Shown here: positions 39,001-51,689 of the stretch, piece after piece
Position numbering within the stretch: the stretch's first letter is position 1
Layout of the letters: the number at the start of each line of letters is the position of its first letter
Assembly: GCA_030704615.1 (NCBI GenBank)
Contig: CM060732.1
Location: 64,356,001 to 64,420,000 of the forward strand
Length of the DNA stretch: 64,000 nt
Origin: Takakia lepidozioides
Taxonomy: Eukaryota > Plantae > Bryophyta
Direction: 5' to 3'
Notes under the pieces: generated by a model
Told to the model about the DNA's origin: nothing
Databases searched by the model: none
Seen by the model: the letters and a program-made list of their open reading frames with translations, nothing else
Made by a program: the position numbers and the translations under genes

Positions 39001-42000
39001 TGATCACATGTGCAAGTATAACTTACGCTCCATCGAGATGGTCCTTGAAGACATAGTCAAATGCCCTGCAAAGCTCCAACACAGTGTAGAGCTGTTCCTG
39101 CAAAATGTGTTGCACACACTGTCATAGCCTTAGACATTATTTCTTATATCATAATTTCTGGTGGTTTCAGCAATCCTGTACAAAGTAGCTGTAAGACCCC
39201 CTTAACTTAAATGACCCATCACAGTTCTTAATAACAAAGAAGTCATCGGCAATAAATTAGCCAACACCGAATTTGTGTATGAATTGCTACTAGAGTCCAT
39301 TCCTTCCACACTTTGCACTAGGAGAAAAAGTTGGAAGGCCCAAAGAAGCCATGGCCCAGATAAATGAAATGAAATGGTACTTTATAACGTCCGTGGAAAG
39401 TTCAAAGAGCTTATGGGACATGAGGAAGAAATGAAACGAAATGAAATGGAACTTTATAACGTCCGCAGAATGCTCAAAGAGCTTATGGGACAAAAGGCAA
39501 ACAAGAAACAAGAAAGAGAATAAAAGGCAAAGAGTGAAGCCAGAAGCAGCCCAAAAGCAAGTACTGCTCAAGGGATTGCCTAAGGGTCAAATCAAATGAA
39601 ATGGTGCTTTATAACATTCGCAGAAAGCTTCTAGACCTTATGGGACAAAATGGAAGAAAACATGAGAGAGGAAACAAAAAACCAGAGCCAGAGATAAAAG
39701 CTATTGTTCGAGTGATTGTCTAAGGTGAGTGCTTCGTGCAGGTAAGCTGCCAAGCATTTCAAAGAAGATATGAAATGAAATGAAAAAATGAAAGAGAGAG
39801 AGAGAAAAAGAGAAGCTTACTCCAGCATCCACAGCAACAGGTCTCCCCAGTTGATTTAACTCCAATTCCAATTCATCAATTGTCTTGTTGATCATGGCCT
39901 GAATACTGGGGATACGTGCCTTGATCACTGCTTCCAGGTGCTACAGGTCACATATCAAAAACTAAGTTTAGGGCAAGGATTGCAAATCATATGAGAAGCA
40001 TACAAGGTTCAAGGGAATTGTTACACGTAGGAGCCAAGCTGCAAGATCAGGTGCTCATAAACACCCCAGTCTGAATAGGAGGCAAGCCGACATCTCCTGT
40101 GGAACTTCTACTGCCGAGATGCCTGTTGAATTCTGCCAGTTCCTGCAATGCTATCTCTAGATTTGTTTCCAGCATACCAGTAAGCTGGCTTGGATTCCAT
40201 AAACAATTTCAGCTGGTGGAAAGGCGTGCACCAGCTGACATGCTATGGGAAGTCTTTCTCACCCCATTCTTAGAGTTCACCCTGCACAATGATCTGATGA
40301 AATTATTCTATTCTGATAAAGAGCTTCAAACAGAGAAGATAGCTATTGCAGAATGCACACTATCGACCAGAATAATAGGCAATACAGAAGCCCAACAAAT
40401 TTCAAGTAGTACCTTGGACAGCAATCTTCCTAAATATTCAGAACCCATCCTATTTGTTAGATGCCCATAATCTGCACTGGAGGCAAAGTACTCGCCCTCC
40501 ATGCGCCTGGCAGCTATCATGTCAACATTGCGGTTGATATCTGCCTGAGAACGATTCACCACTCCTACCCATGGATGCTGCAACTTATATGATCGCCCTT
40601 CCAGCACCTGTCGCAAGCAAGAACATAATGACTTGATCTGTACTTCACATCAGTCTTCTTGTGCGTCTGCATGTGTTGATGTAACTCGGCTCTTTAAAGC
40701 ACCCTTCCCTATCCTCTAATCCTACTTTCACCCACCTACATCTCCTGTCCTGCCTCCCTTTCTCATGAACATTTAATTCATGCTCACTCTCTGGACGTTA
40801 TAAAGTAACATTTCATTTCATTTCTTAAATCACTGTTTCTGTCTGGGATGTAAATTCTCAAGTCTTCAGGAGTAAACCTTGCTTAATCTGTTTTGTATCT
40901 ATCTTCTGGTCAACATTCTCTGGCAACATCACTATTTTCAATTTCCATTGCGCAGGAGGATGGGCCACAGACAACGTTGTCAGGATTTGATAAGCCTGTA
41001 ATAATCCACAAATAAAAAAGAATCTACAATCAAGTGGCACACTGGGCCAACCAGCACACTGGCACACCACTGAACCATTATCTTTGCTTCCAGCAGGACC
41101 TATAATGCAGGGGTAGACCTTCTAGCAAGGAGAAGCACCCCACATCAGCACTAGAGATCATCGTCAGCAGTAGCAGGTGAGAGTCCCATAAGTATTTGCA
41201 GCAGTACCGCTCAACGATTGATTAGAGAGGAAAGGGACTCACTTCCAAAGCATTTGTACCCTTGTCCATAAGATCCAGCTTTGTGAGCACCCCAAATGTT
41301 CGCTCTCCTGCCATGTCAAGCAGAAAGGGGACCCGAAATCAGAAAAATGGTTCAGATGTGGAAATGAAACCCATGTAGTAGCCTACTTTTCTTTGGGGGG
41401 GGGGGGCATGCCTGGGGATGCAGTGTGCATGTACTGAGCTATTGTTCACCTTCATGGAGATTGCTCAGTGACAGATATTTACCTTGTGGGTCAACTTCTC
41501 TAGCTAGCTTGATCGCATCAGAAGTGGCAATGTCTTGGTTTGCAGGTGAGACAGCCAGTATAATAGAATTTGGCTGCAAACAAAACAGTTTCCCAATATT
41601 ACTGTCATGCAGTCCTCGGCACAAACTCCAGAGTATGCAGATGTGCAGAAGTCCATCCTTGATCAGAAACTGGATTTCTGACTTGGATTGTGACTGTAGC
41701 TGGCCTCTTATTTCTGGTTTTGTGTTTATCCATTCCGCTGGTAGTGGTCCTGCCTCCCTCCTGCCTGTTTCTCTCGCTCGGTCTATCCTCAGTGCTGTAT
41801 GCCTCATGGCTCTCGGAGAGTTTTATTTTTCCTAGTTTATCGATAAATTGGGTTCTGTCCCCTTCCAAAGAAAAGACCCCATCCATGTGAGAGGAAAAGT
41901 AGCCGACCTTTTCAACATAGGAACGAACCATGTTCTCTATGTCCTCAACTATGCTGTCCGATTGCCCCTCTGCAGATGCAATACCATCAAAGTGAACATG

Positions 42001-44342
42001 CTTGGATAATGACAAGTATGTATTACAAAATGCTCCAACACACACGAAATACTGGCACTAAAACACCAGACGGCAGGAACTCTATTCTTCACACGTAATG
42101 GCATAAAGCCAAAGCAAGGAGTAAAAGGGATGTCCATTTCTTGATGCACGTTGGTCTGGAACACTCTCTACATTCTTACAATGGCGAAAGAAGCATAAGT
42201 TGCGAATCAGATGTTGCAAAGAAAAAACATGGTAGATGTGGGACACTCACCAATAGCAACCTTGGTCAAGCCAGGTAGATCAATGAGGGTTAGATTCACC
42301 ACTGCAATCACAATAGAACAATGTTTCATGTAATAAGTAGGGGCTAGATCTACATAAGCTCTTACAATTGGACAAAGAAATCCTGTGAGAATGCTCATTC
42401 CCATGACATGCCCCCTGGAAAACTCTAGCCTGAGAAGCATACACAGTCACAAACTGTCTACATCTACCTTGGGGCAAGAAAGTATGCTTATAATATAACA
42501 CCATGATCTGGTGGTCTCAAACATTGATCATCGCTTCAACACCCTGGTGGCAAAGAGGTAATCTATATTATCCACTCCAATGCCACCATTGAAACCCACC
42601 ATTAGGAGAGTAGATGCTTAGATGGATAGGAACGGGTGAGATCTGCCTTGTGCGGCCTGTTATTCGGTCTGTCTCATCTGAAATCTCTTTCCTAACCGCA
42701 GCTGCACAACAACCCGTCAAATGCCAACCCAATCAGCAACCGTAACTGTGAAAAACTTGTTAGTTTGACAATCAAGGGCATGGCCGATCACCCACACCAC
42801 AAACTTTACAGACACCACTCCAATTCGTAAGTATTCGCACGAAGGTTGGTAGGAAGGTGGATTCAAAATGCGGTCATTACCATACCGAGCACCCAATAAA
42901 AGGAAGTGCGCTTGGTGAGGTATACAGATTCGGAGTCTTATGGTAAATAACCAGCCTAGTATCTTTGTGCTTCATGTCATTCAGTGAGCTTTGTGGGAAT
43001 GCAGGATCAAGATGCCTCCCTGCACATATTTCGAGTATGTGATTTAGGTTCGTTGCAACAAAAGATTCTCTTTCAACTACCAAATTATTCAGGGTGTTTT
43101 TATTGAAGCTCACCGAAATCCACAAATCTCTTCTTGGGGAGATGCAGAAACTCTGCATACTCGGTCTTGTCATCAGTCTTGTGTAATTGCAACACAAGTG
43201 GTCGCCTGGTAACAATCCCTGGCACATGACAAGTTAAGCTCAACACCACATTCTACCCACTCATCCCCAGGGCAACTAGTCAAGTTTATAGTAAACTAGG
43301 AGTGTGCAAGATTTAACATTTGACAGATCTTGGCAAGAAAACCACCAAATTCACATCACAGTAGTTGGCTTTACTATAAAATCGGTTGGTATAGACTGGT
43401 GCTGCTTCCAGCTGCATATAGAATTCCTATTCGAATAAGGTACCTTCTGAACCGCAAGACAGATCAACATGGGTCCATTTGAGAAGCATCTTGTCCAATT
43501 TCCACAGGGATGAGACAAAGCAGTTAATTTATAACTTCGTGGATTAATTCCCCAATGGAAGTTGATGGAAGTGTTCAAACAGTGTCAACATCCATGGGTT
43601 ATGTTGCTCAACAACATGACGATCACAGGTACCTGATAGAGACTGTCGCTAGGAAATATAGAATTGACAGTAGATAAAAGCTTAATCACCTGATCCGCGG
43701 GGGAGGAAATCTCGTCCCACAATACTCTCCAACACAGAGGACTTGCCAGAGCTCTGTAAAAAAAATGGAACAAAACCAGATTACAGCAGATGATCAATTC
43801 CCTGTGGGCGGAAGCAGCAACCACTAGAGGTGATATGCGTATAGCATACCCAAGGAACTAACGACTTCTCTGTGGTGTATACATCACTCAGGTTAGACTC
43901 TAACCTTAGGAAGCATGAATTTTCACAACCTCAAATGTTGGTGCTCCCAGTCTCTCGTTAGTAGAATTATCTCTCTCTCACATGTAACGAAACAGAAACA
44001 GAAACAGAAAGAAATTGCCGTAAAGCTACTGACACCCACATCAGACCAATGCAGTTAACCATTGTGAGTAGAATAGTCTGCTCATGCTGCACATTGTGGG
44101 CGTAATTCAGGTACGTCAAAACTGCCCAATTTCACTTCAAGCACTGGCAGCAAAGACAGTAATGCTGCGTGTGAACGAGAGGGAGACAAACAACGTAGAA
44201 CACTCCCCACACACACCTGCCCTCCCACCACCACCACCGATGGCAGAGACTCCCACAGACTCTGCACACTGTCTCCTCCATAGTCCCCCAGCGCAGTGCA
44301 TGCCCGCTGGATCCTGTTAACCAGGCCTATCAACGTCTCCAT
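33015..44342 (-). CDS. DRP1: Dynamin-related protein 1 (phragmoplastin-type DRP1), 16 exons
   Basis: [20 protein letters not shown]...[15 protein letters not shown] (P-loop), [51 protein letters not shown], and last exon 33015-33143 ([18 protein letters not shown]...EIDSVAWLK*). Exon borders are GT-AG. Confidence 0.95.
33270..33392 (+). mobile_element. Short LINE family B 3' tail
   Basis: GTCCCATAAGCTCTTTGAGCTTCCCGCGGATGTTATAAAGTACCACTTCATTCATTTCAT. A further minimal tail lies at about 40788-40824. Confidence 0.8.
34599..35968 (-). mobile_element. 5'-truncated non-LTR retrotransposon (RTE-X/RTE-like LINE family A) in the last DRP1 intron
   Basis: RT motif [33 protein letters not shown] and C-terminal [17 protein letters not shown]. 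Related fragments lie at about 33461-33585 (+) and 37990-38140 (-). Confidence 0.85.
35970..36447 (+). mobile_element. 3' end of RTE-X-like LINE family B with tandem 3' tails ending in (CATTT)n
   Basis: LRIETGRW...REDRLCPAC...[18 protein letters not shown], followed twice by the tail GTCC(C)ATAAGCTCT(A/T)TGAGCTTTCCGCGG(A/G)CGTTATAAAG(C/T)ACCATTTCATTTC. Confidence 0.85.
39360..39765 (-). mobile_element. Chain of three LINE family B 3' ends in a DRP1 intron
   Basis: Tails at about 39360-39420, 39428-39492 and 39590-39646. The body sequence AAATGCTTGGCAGCTTACCTGCACGAAG matches 36187-36215. Confidence 0.85.
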
Positions 44343-45149
44343 CTCCTCACCTCCAAACACAACACAGTCAGATCACAACAGCCCCCTTCACAGATTGCTT
44401 GCAGCAAAACAACGCGCAATTCAGCAAAACAAACGAGGGCACACAGAATGTGAGCCTCAAAGAAAAGCCACAATAATGCGAGGCCAGGGAGGCCAGGGGG
44501 TTGAGAGCAACGGTAGCTTCTCCTTTCCGGGATCCAAACGGGCGTTCCACTTTCCCGGCGGACGAACGTCGTTAAGCGAACGGACGTGGTCGCACGATTC
44601 GTTTCGTTTGGCTCCGTTTCGTTTTGAAGAGCTCTCCGTCAGCGATTTGTCGTCGTCTTCCGAAGGAAACGTTTGGGACCAAGACTCTCACGGTTCTTGT
44701 TTGCCACGTGACTCTCTCGTCTCCGACAATTAACGAGTGGTTATGGCATAAGACAAGTGGTCGTGGGTTCAAAGGCACATAGATGTATGCTGTCTTAACA
44801 ACCAAGTTGTAGCCAAGTGGTAATGGGCACATACCAATGTTGGCGGGTATTACTTTTTTTTTTTAATACCAGCCGGTATTGACAAAAAATAATAATAATA
44901 ATACCAGCCGGTTCCATAGTATTGGAATTTTTTTATTTTTTTATTTTGGAAAGGGAGAGGGACCAGGAATATATTAATAAGGAGGAAAAAATAACTTCGA
45001 AGTCCAAAGTACAAACCATGGAGGATGAAAAAGAGGACATTGTCCCGTGACCTAAAACATAGAGGGCTATTCACTTAATTTTAATATCCGCCAGTTCTCA
45101 ACAGTAGTATGATTTTTGATTTGCGGACGGGTATCAATAGGACGGGGTT

Positions 45150-45950
45150 CTTTTTCTTTTTTTTTGAACAGGGGGATTGTAGCCCTATAGAACTCTGCCA
45201 AGATAGGAACAGCCAGCAGCTGCCAAAAGCCTAAGGGCCTGCAGCCAAGAGAACTAGGAAAACAGTTGAGAAACACTATGAGGAGGAACTAAGAGATAGA
45301 CAAGGCAATAGGCAGCATTCATTGTTGCAAGATGAAGGAAACAAAGTAATAGAGGCTGCATACATAGACAAGCAACCCAACAACAAGCTATGCCAACATC
45401 CGAGGCAGAAGCATACAGAGATAGAGAGAGCACACAACCTACCCAATTCAGCTAGACAAGAGGCAAAAGTTTGTGTGCCAGAGACAAGCTATGCCAACCA
45501 GCTAGATCAGCCAGGAATCAGAGAATGTACTCCTCTAAATCATCCACCAAGCTGAAGCCCTAAGTGCTTCCTCTTTTTCTCTTAGGGGCTTCAAAACTCA
45601 GTTGAACCTTTGATTTTCCTCTTCTTTGGCTGCGCTTATGCCTCCAATTGACTTCCCCTTCGTCTGCTTCCAAAGGAGAGTTGTTGGCACTAATGGAGCT
45701 GCCAACAGGATGGGAGAGCTTGCTCCCATTCAATCCTTTCATCAGAATATCTTTGGCAGAAGATACCGCGGTTTCCCCAAGAGCTGTCAAAGTCTACAAC
45801 AAGTTGGACTTTTCTGTTCGCATTACACCTGGAAATAGCTGCCACAAGAACAAACCAAGCTTTACAAGCTTCAGACAACATGTCTGAGTGAACTAAGCAC
45901 AAAAGCTTCTGCAAACAGAACTTTCCAGATGTGCCAGAGAACACTGCCCC
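45150..45950 (-). mobile_element. 5'-truncated L1-like LINE 3' fragment
   Basis: EVNWRHKRSQRRGKSK resembles the C-terminus FNWRHKRTRDAKSK of the adjacent L1. A-rich tail on the minus strand near 45150-45165. Confidence 0.5.
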
Positions 45951-46052
45951 TTAGGGATGCCCATACAGGGTATTTCAATCGTAATACCAGCCGGTTATCA
46001 ACCCGGATACAAATAAGTAAAATTAAAATAACCACCAGATCATTAATATACC

Positions 46053-49000
46053 TTTATTTTTATTTTATTTTTATTTTTTTAATAGAAAGGGGATGGAGGC
46101 CCTTTTAATCAAATTAATAAAGTATAGAGACATCAGTGGAAAAAATAACCATTGTTTTTGGGGCCGTGAAGGCTGACTGGGGGGAACTTCCCCGTGACTC
46201 TAGCTGAGCAAAGCGAGAGAAGCAGTAGAGGCAGGTCCGTGAGGGAGGGGACTAAGGGGATGCACTATAGGATAGAAAGGAGATGTGTAGACAGGATTTA
46301 GCAAGGAGATTGCTACTAGTGAGGGCCGAAGCCACTTAAGAGGGGTTTTAAGCGGCCAAGAAGAGCTGCAGGTCAACAAGTATGAGCAGCATGAGTAGCA
46401 AAAGGCCTCGCAGGCGGTAGGATTGAAGCTAGACCGTACTTCAAGTGCGTTTTGGATTTTGCATCTCTGGTTCTCTTGTGTCGCCAGTTGAAGTCTAACT
46501 CCTCCCCTTCAGTATGGACTTCCCATTGAGTTGGTACGGAATCTTGCCATTGAAAATGTGAGTTGGGTAGACTGGTTCTGAACATGTTGCTTTTACCCCA
46601 GGTGTTGAGGAAATTTTTGAGCAGCTTCCTCCCCCGTTGCTCTGGAGTTCTGGGAATAGCTGCACAAACAACCCCCCATGCTTTCCTCCCCTCAGTAAGC
46701 AGATCAATACAAGTTTGAAAGAGAATTGGTCTGCCCCTGGGGGGCTTTCCCTCATACACCCATGCACATCTTGCTTTCCACAAGTTCCATAATGTATGTG
46801 CTCTAAGGGTGGCCCAGACAGGGCAAGTGCTTTACGGATGGCCAGGCAAGCAATTTAAAAGTAGGAGGGAAGGGGGCGAATGAGCAGGGAAGGTGTTCCA
46901 GTGAGCGTAGAAGCCCAGAACCGCCCACCAAACCCTACTAGAGAGAGCACAGGAGGTCAGACAGTGCTCAAATATAGATTCTGGGTCCAATTGGCAGATA
47001 GGGCCGGATGGGGAATCCTGGTCTGCTGCTTGTCTCACTGGCAGCACCCTATGTGCAAGCTTCCATAGAAAAGCCGAGATTCTCGCCGCCCGATCTTTCC
47101 TCCAGATATTTTTCCAAATTGAGTTACAGTTTTCCTGAGAGAAGTTGTATGTTCCCCGCTTTGATGTCCACTTTGCCAGAAAGGATCTGGCTCGCGGCGT
47201 CGTAAAACAACCATTTTCAGGCAGGGGGGAAGAACCAAATTTGCGACGTCCGGGCGTCGCAAGGGCATCGCCAAAAAACGTCGCAAATAGGCGAAACCGC
47301 GATTGGCGACGCCTAGGCGTTGTTGCACCCCCCCCCCCACCTGCCAGGCGCCCCAAGTAACGTCCTTGTAATGACCTGAATTGACCACAACACCATTGCG
47401 ACCCCCTGTGGCGATGGCGTTGCGACCCCCTGGCATCGCAACGTTGGGCGTCCCAGTGCGGGGCACCCCCAACGACGTTTTTGTGAAGTTGAGGGCCGCA
47501 AAGCCCAAAAATAAATAAAAAATAAACTCCCACTGTGGTGATGCTGTTGCGACGCTCTGGCATCGCAACGTCCAAATTTTATTTATTTTTTATTTTATTT
47601 TTTGGATTTCCGACGCCGGGGCCTTGCAAGAAAAAAAATCAGTCGCAGCGAGGGCCCTCTTTCCCCCTTCATGCCACCTTACGACGGCTGGGCGCCGTAA
47701 TGGTGTCGCAGCGGGGCCCGGCGTCGCAAAAAAAGCGCCGCGCGGGGCGTGGGGGTACGGCTGGCGTCGCAAACCCCCCCCCCCCCCCCATTTGTTGTAG
47801 TGATAGGCAAAGAAGGGTGAGTGTTTATGGTCCATCCAACTCCATTCCCCCGGATCGAATTGGAGGTCTTCCAGGGGGGAGATAGGAACCAGGAAACTGA
47901 AATGTGACAAGCCTATTGAATTTCCTGCCCTGGCAGGGGAAGTGGGTTGACATTCTCTTGGTTGTCCATTACTCTTATGTGGTATAAGTGTCGCTTATCC
48001 AACTCAATGGAACCACAGTATGCCAGAGAACCTTGGCAGTCGGCACTTAAGTGCAGCCCCGATGCCAATTCCTGCCGAAAAAACAACACCAAAATCACTG
48101 TCTGTCGATCGCCCTGGCGCATGGCCATCCAAACAGGGGTGTAGCCAGGGTTGGTATCAGCCAGCAGGGGAGTCATATACTGCGGAATGTTGGCGAGAAT
48201 TGTGTTCCAGGCTCTAGCCCTTCTGCTGCCCACTATGTATGTTATCTCAGCTTGTGACAGGAACTGACCTTGGTTCCTGATACTTGCGATGTAGGTGAGT
48301 CCTTGCCCCTCCCAAAAGGCCCAGGCAGGGGTTTGGTTTAGCAAGGCATCTGAATCCATGTTGCAACTGGCAAACAAAGGTTGCCTCAGAGACAAGGGCT
48401 CTTCTGATCAGGGTTGTTGGCGATGCTCCTTCCTCCATTTCACCTTGAGGCCCGACGCTAGACAAAAAGTGTGTAGAGCCTGTAGAGCTCTGTTAATATT
48501 GTGTCTGCACGTGTTGTCCAGCAGCAAGACGGTGTCATCGGCATACATAGAGAGCTTCAACATTTCTTCCTACAATGTTGGCAGGTGCAGGCCAACAATG
48601 TCTACTCTGTGGTCCACTAGGTGGCCCAGTGAGTCTGCTGCCAGGAGGAAAAGAAAGGGTGCAAGTGGGCATCATTGCCTCACTGATCTGGAAATGGGAA
48701 AGGGGTGAGAGATAACCCCATTAATCATCACTCTGCTAGAAGAGGACTGGAGGAGAACTTGAACCTAGGAACCATTGATCATGTTTTATCCATTGTCTAC
48801 AGCAAAAAGGTCCAGTCAATGGAGTCGAATGCTTTTTCAAAATCCAGCATTAAGAGGGCCAATGGTTGGTGATTTAGCATGGCTTTGTGAAGAGCTTCAT
48901 GAGCTAACAGGATATTGTCAAGTATTGTGCAGTCCTTCAAAAAGCCGGTCTGATCCTTCGTGATGATCTTTGGTAGCAGCAATTGCAGCCTGAGTACCAG

Positions 49001-49480
49001 AGTCTTTGCAATTATCTTGTATGTGGAGTTGAGCAGCGTAATTTGTCTATAATTGGCCATGTTGTCTCGTTCTCCCTTTTTTAAGATCACCGTTATTAGG
49101 CCCTCAGAGATTTGGGAAGGCATAAGCTTTTTCTAGAGGATGTCGTTGGCCATTTTCAGGAGATCATCACCAATTGTTAGCCAAAGTGTCTTGAAAAGCT
49201 CCATTGGCAAACCATCTAGGCCGGGGCATTTCATTGATACCATGGATTCGACAACCCGCCCTAGTTCCAGCGCTGTGAATGGCTCTGACAGGGAGTTCTG
49301 CTCCGCTACTAAGAGGGCACATGGGATTCTTTGGAGGAGAGTATTTCTTGCCTGGTCAGTTGCAGTCAAAGCTGGGCGACTTTGGAACAGTTCCCTGAAA
49401 AAAGCAGCAGCTATTGAGGCCATGTCCTTAGACCATGTACCTTGTTTTTCGTCATGTCCGTGACTGTTTTCTAGCAACAC
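46053..49480 (-). mobile_element. Degenerate L1-clade LINE ORF2 (RT + zf-RVT), interrupted by a CACTA fragment
   Basis: KCPGLDGLPMELFK, NYRQITLLNSTYKIIAK, DQTGF, DNILLAHE, DFEKAF, LYADDT, and zf-RVT WKNIWRK...FLWKLAHRVLP...EHCLTSC. (AAAAT)n tail at about 46053-46080. Confidence 0.85.
47191..47802 (-). mobile_element. One-ended CACTA (En/Spm) fragment
   Basis: The right end reads CACTACAACAAA on the minus strand. Many GCGTCGCAA/TTGCGACG subterminal repeats in both orientations. Inserted in L1 ORF2; the other terminus is absent. Confidence 0.7.
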
Positions 49481-49481
49481 A

Positions 49482-49679
49482 CGACTCTCCCCGGACTGTG
49501 ACGTGTCAATTTCAAATGATGTCACCCAGAGTCATATTCACGACGCAGATATTAGAGTCATCGTAACGACACGGTCTGCATGACTCTTTACAAAAGAGTA
49601 AAAAAATGAGTCAAAATGATCAAAAGAGTCATGAAAACAGTCAAAAAAAGTGTCATGAAACTCGTTTTTTGTACTAGTG
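49482..49679 (-). mobile_element. Second one-ended CACTA terminus
   Basis: The right end reads CACTAGTACAAAAAA on the minus strand. GAGTCA/TGACTC subterminal repeats. Confidence 0.6.
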
Positions 49680-49759
49680 ATTGCTGTGGACGCCGTGCAA
49701 ATTGAAAACGGAACAGACAAGCTGGTCCAAAAGTACTGGGAATCCTCCAAGAAGAGAAA

Positions 49760-50878
49760 GAGAATTGAAGAGCCAAACACTTGGAATCACCCACACCGCC
49801 CATGTGGTTTCTTCCCAGTTAGAATTATGGACGCAGGGGACCTTGTTTCCCTTCTCTGAGGATGACCTGCTTGCGCTCAATAGCACCAGTCTTGCAATCA
49901 CTTTCCTGGAGCTCCACACCTTCCAGGCAGACCACTCACTGGCTGGGAACCAGGATCTGGATTCGCAAGAGAGAAAGCAGCGATATGTGTGACCCCTCTC
50001 CCGTACACATTTATAGATGACTACACCAACTTCTTCCTGCCAAGTGTCGAACAGGGTTTCCAGTCTGCATGGGTAACCGAGGACATGGCGAAGGAGTTCG
50101 GTGTGGGTAAGGAAATGCAACTAACACTGGCTCTCACTTAGTCCATCCTTCAAGACTTCTTCCATAATTTGCAGCCCTCCATCTCTCAGATGCAAGATAT
50201 TGGCATTTTGGAATGACCGCTATTGGGAAGGCAATGCAGACAAGGTGTTCATTGCAGGAGCCCAAGTTCCATTCAACCAGTTCAAGTGTAGTTTCTGCAA
50301 AGAAAGACCTTTCTGTGAGACGCATTGTGGGGCAAGAATGTACTATGTCACAAGTTCCCTTCCAACATATACACGTGTTGCAGTTCACATTGGGTTTCAT
50401 AACCATCCATGTGCCAAGGGCGAGAATAGAGAGGCTGCGGAAAATGCATCAAGTATGATTCAAGAGCACGTTAAGATGAAGCCATGGTCAACCCCGGGAG
50501 CTATTTCCTTGTCAATGGCCCAGAAGCTCTTGATTGATCGAGTTCTTGTGGCTGATGGCACAGAGACAGTACGTCTTGAGGGAGAGACTTTGGACGATAT
50601 TCTTGAAGAGTTTGCCCATGTTTGTAGCCCCAATGTGAAAAACAAGGTCGCATCTGCACGTGTCAATTCCATCATGTCCATATTGGAGTTGAAGCGTCTG
50701 AGTACATACCATTTCATTCACAGCAATCTCCTTCCAGGCCAGCATATTTCTCATCTCCCCCATGTTTTCAAGATGTCTGTTGCTGGTCCTGGGAGTGGTG
50801 TTGATCTTGTGCGTCGCATGAGTGAGGGGGATCTACGCACAAGTTGGGTAGTATTTGACCATGTCAAACGCATCAAGG
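49760..50878 (+). pseudogene. Mutator-like (MULE-related) transposase fragment with WRKY/GCM-like zinc finger
   Basis: CSFCKERPFC...CGARMYYV...TRVAVHIGFHNHP, then FKMSVAGPGSGVDLVRRMSEGDLRTSWVVFDHVKR. Truncated at about 50878. Family assigned from motif memory only. Confidence 0.5.
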
Positions 50879-50879
50879 A

Positions 50880-51262
50880 TTTTTCGAAATTAAAAAAGAA
50901 ATAGTGACCGCCGTATTGGCGGTCGCTTCAATTGTTTTGTTTTTAAATCAAGATTGGCGGTCGCACTGGCGGTCGCTTTATTTTTCGAAATAGAAAAAGA
51001 AATGACCGCCATATTGGCGGTCGCTTCAAATTTGTTTTTAATAAAAGCAAGATTGGCGGTCGCACTGGCGGTCGCTTTATTTTTCGAATTAAAAAAAAAA
51101 ATAGCGACCGCTATCTTGGCGGTCGCTTAAACTTAAAAATATACAAAACAGAAGTGACCGCAATATTGCACAAAATGAAAGGAAATAAAAGCGACCGCAG
51201 TAGTGGCGGTCACTTGTTTTTCATAAAAAATAAAAATATGGACCGTAGTATTAGTGGTCGCT
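50880..51262. repeat. Subterminal palindromic repeat array of the hAT element
   Basis: Repeated (GC)GACCGC-N6/7-GCGGTCGC palindromes and TGGCGGTCGC direct repeats separated by A/T tracts, in two ~100-bp higher-order units. Confidence 0.75.
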
Positions 51263-51689
51263 TAATTTCAAAATTACAACAAATATGGTTATACAGCCTT
51301 TTTTGGGTAGGCGCTATTGGTTCGTCATTTATCATTTCACTTTCATTTCACTTTCATCTCTCTTGGATCATATATAAGGGAGAAGGGTCACCAAGCTCCT
51401 CACTTCTTTTGGCGCAAACACTTGAGGTTGCTTTGGATGTTCTCTTCCATTGAACGAGAGTGTAGCCCAAGAGGAGGGTGCGCACCTTTTGCCGTTGTGG
51501 CTTCCACCAAAGCCACTTCAGCAGATTGTGTATAAGCTCAACAGTACAACCCACATCGACCCACTTGGGTTGCTGACATGTGTAGAAGTGTTGGGCTATC
51601 GCATTGCACTCTACATTCACAACACGTTCATTTATAGGTGACTGTTTTTTGTTGCTTGCATTGCTAGGTCCCAGGGGAGTGGATATTGG

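Noticed and set aside
50880-51262. CRISPR-like look of spaced palindromic repeats
   Set aside because: Eukaryotic context, spacers are non-unique A/T tracts, no cas genes. Position fits hAT subterminal repeats.
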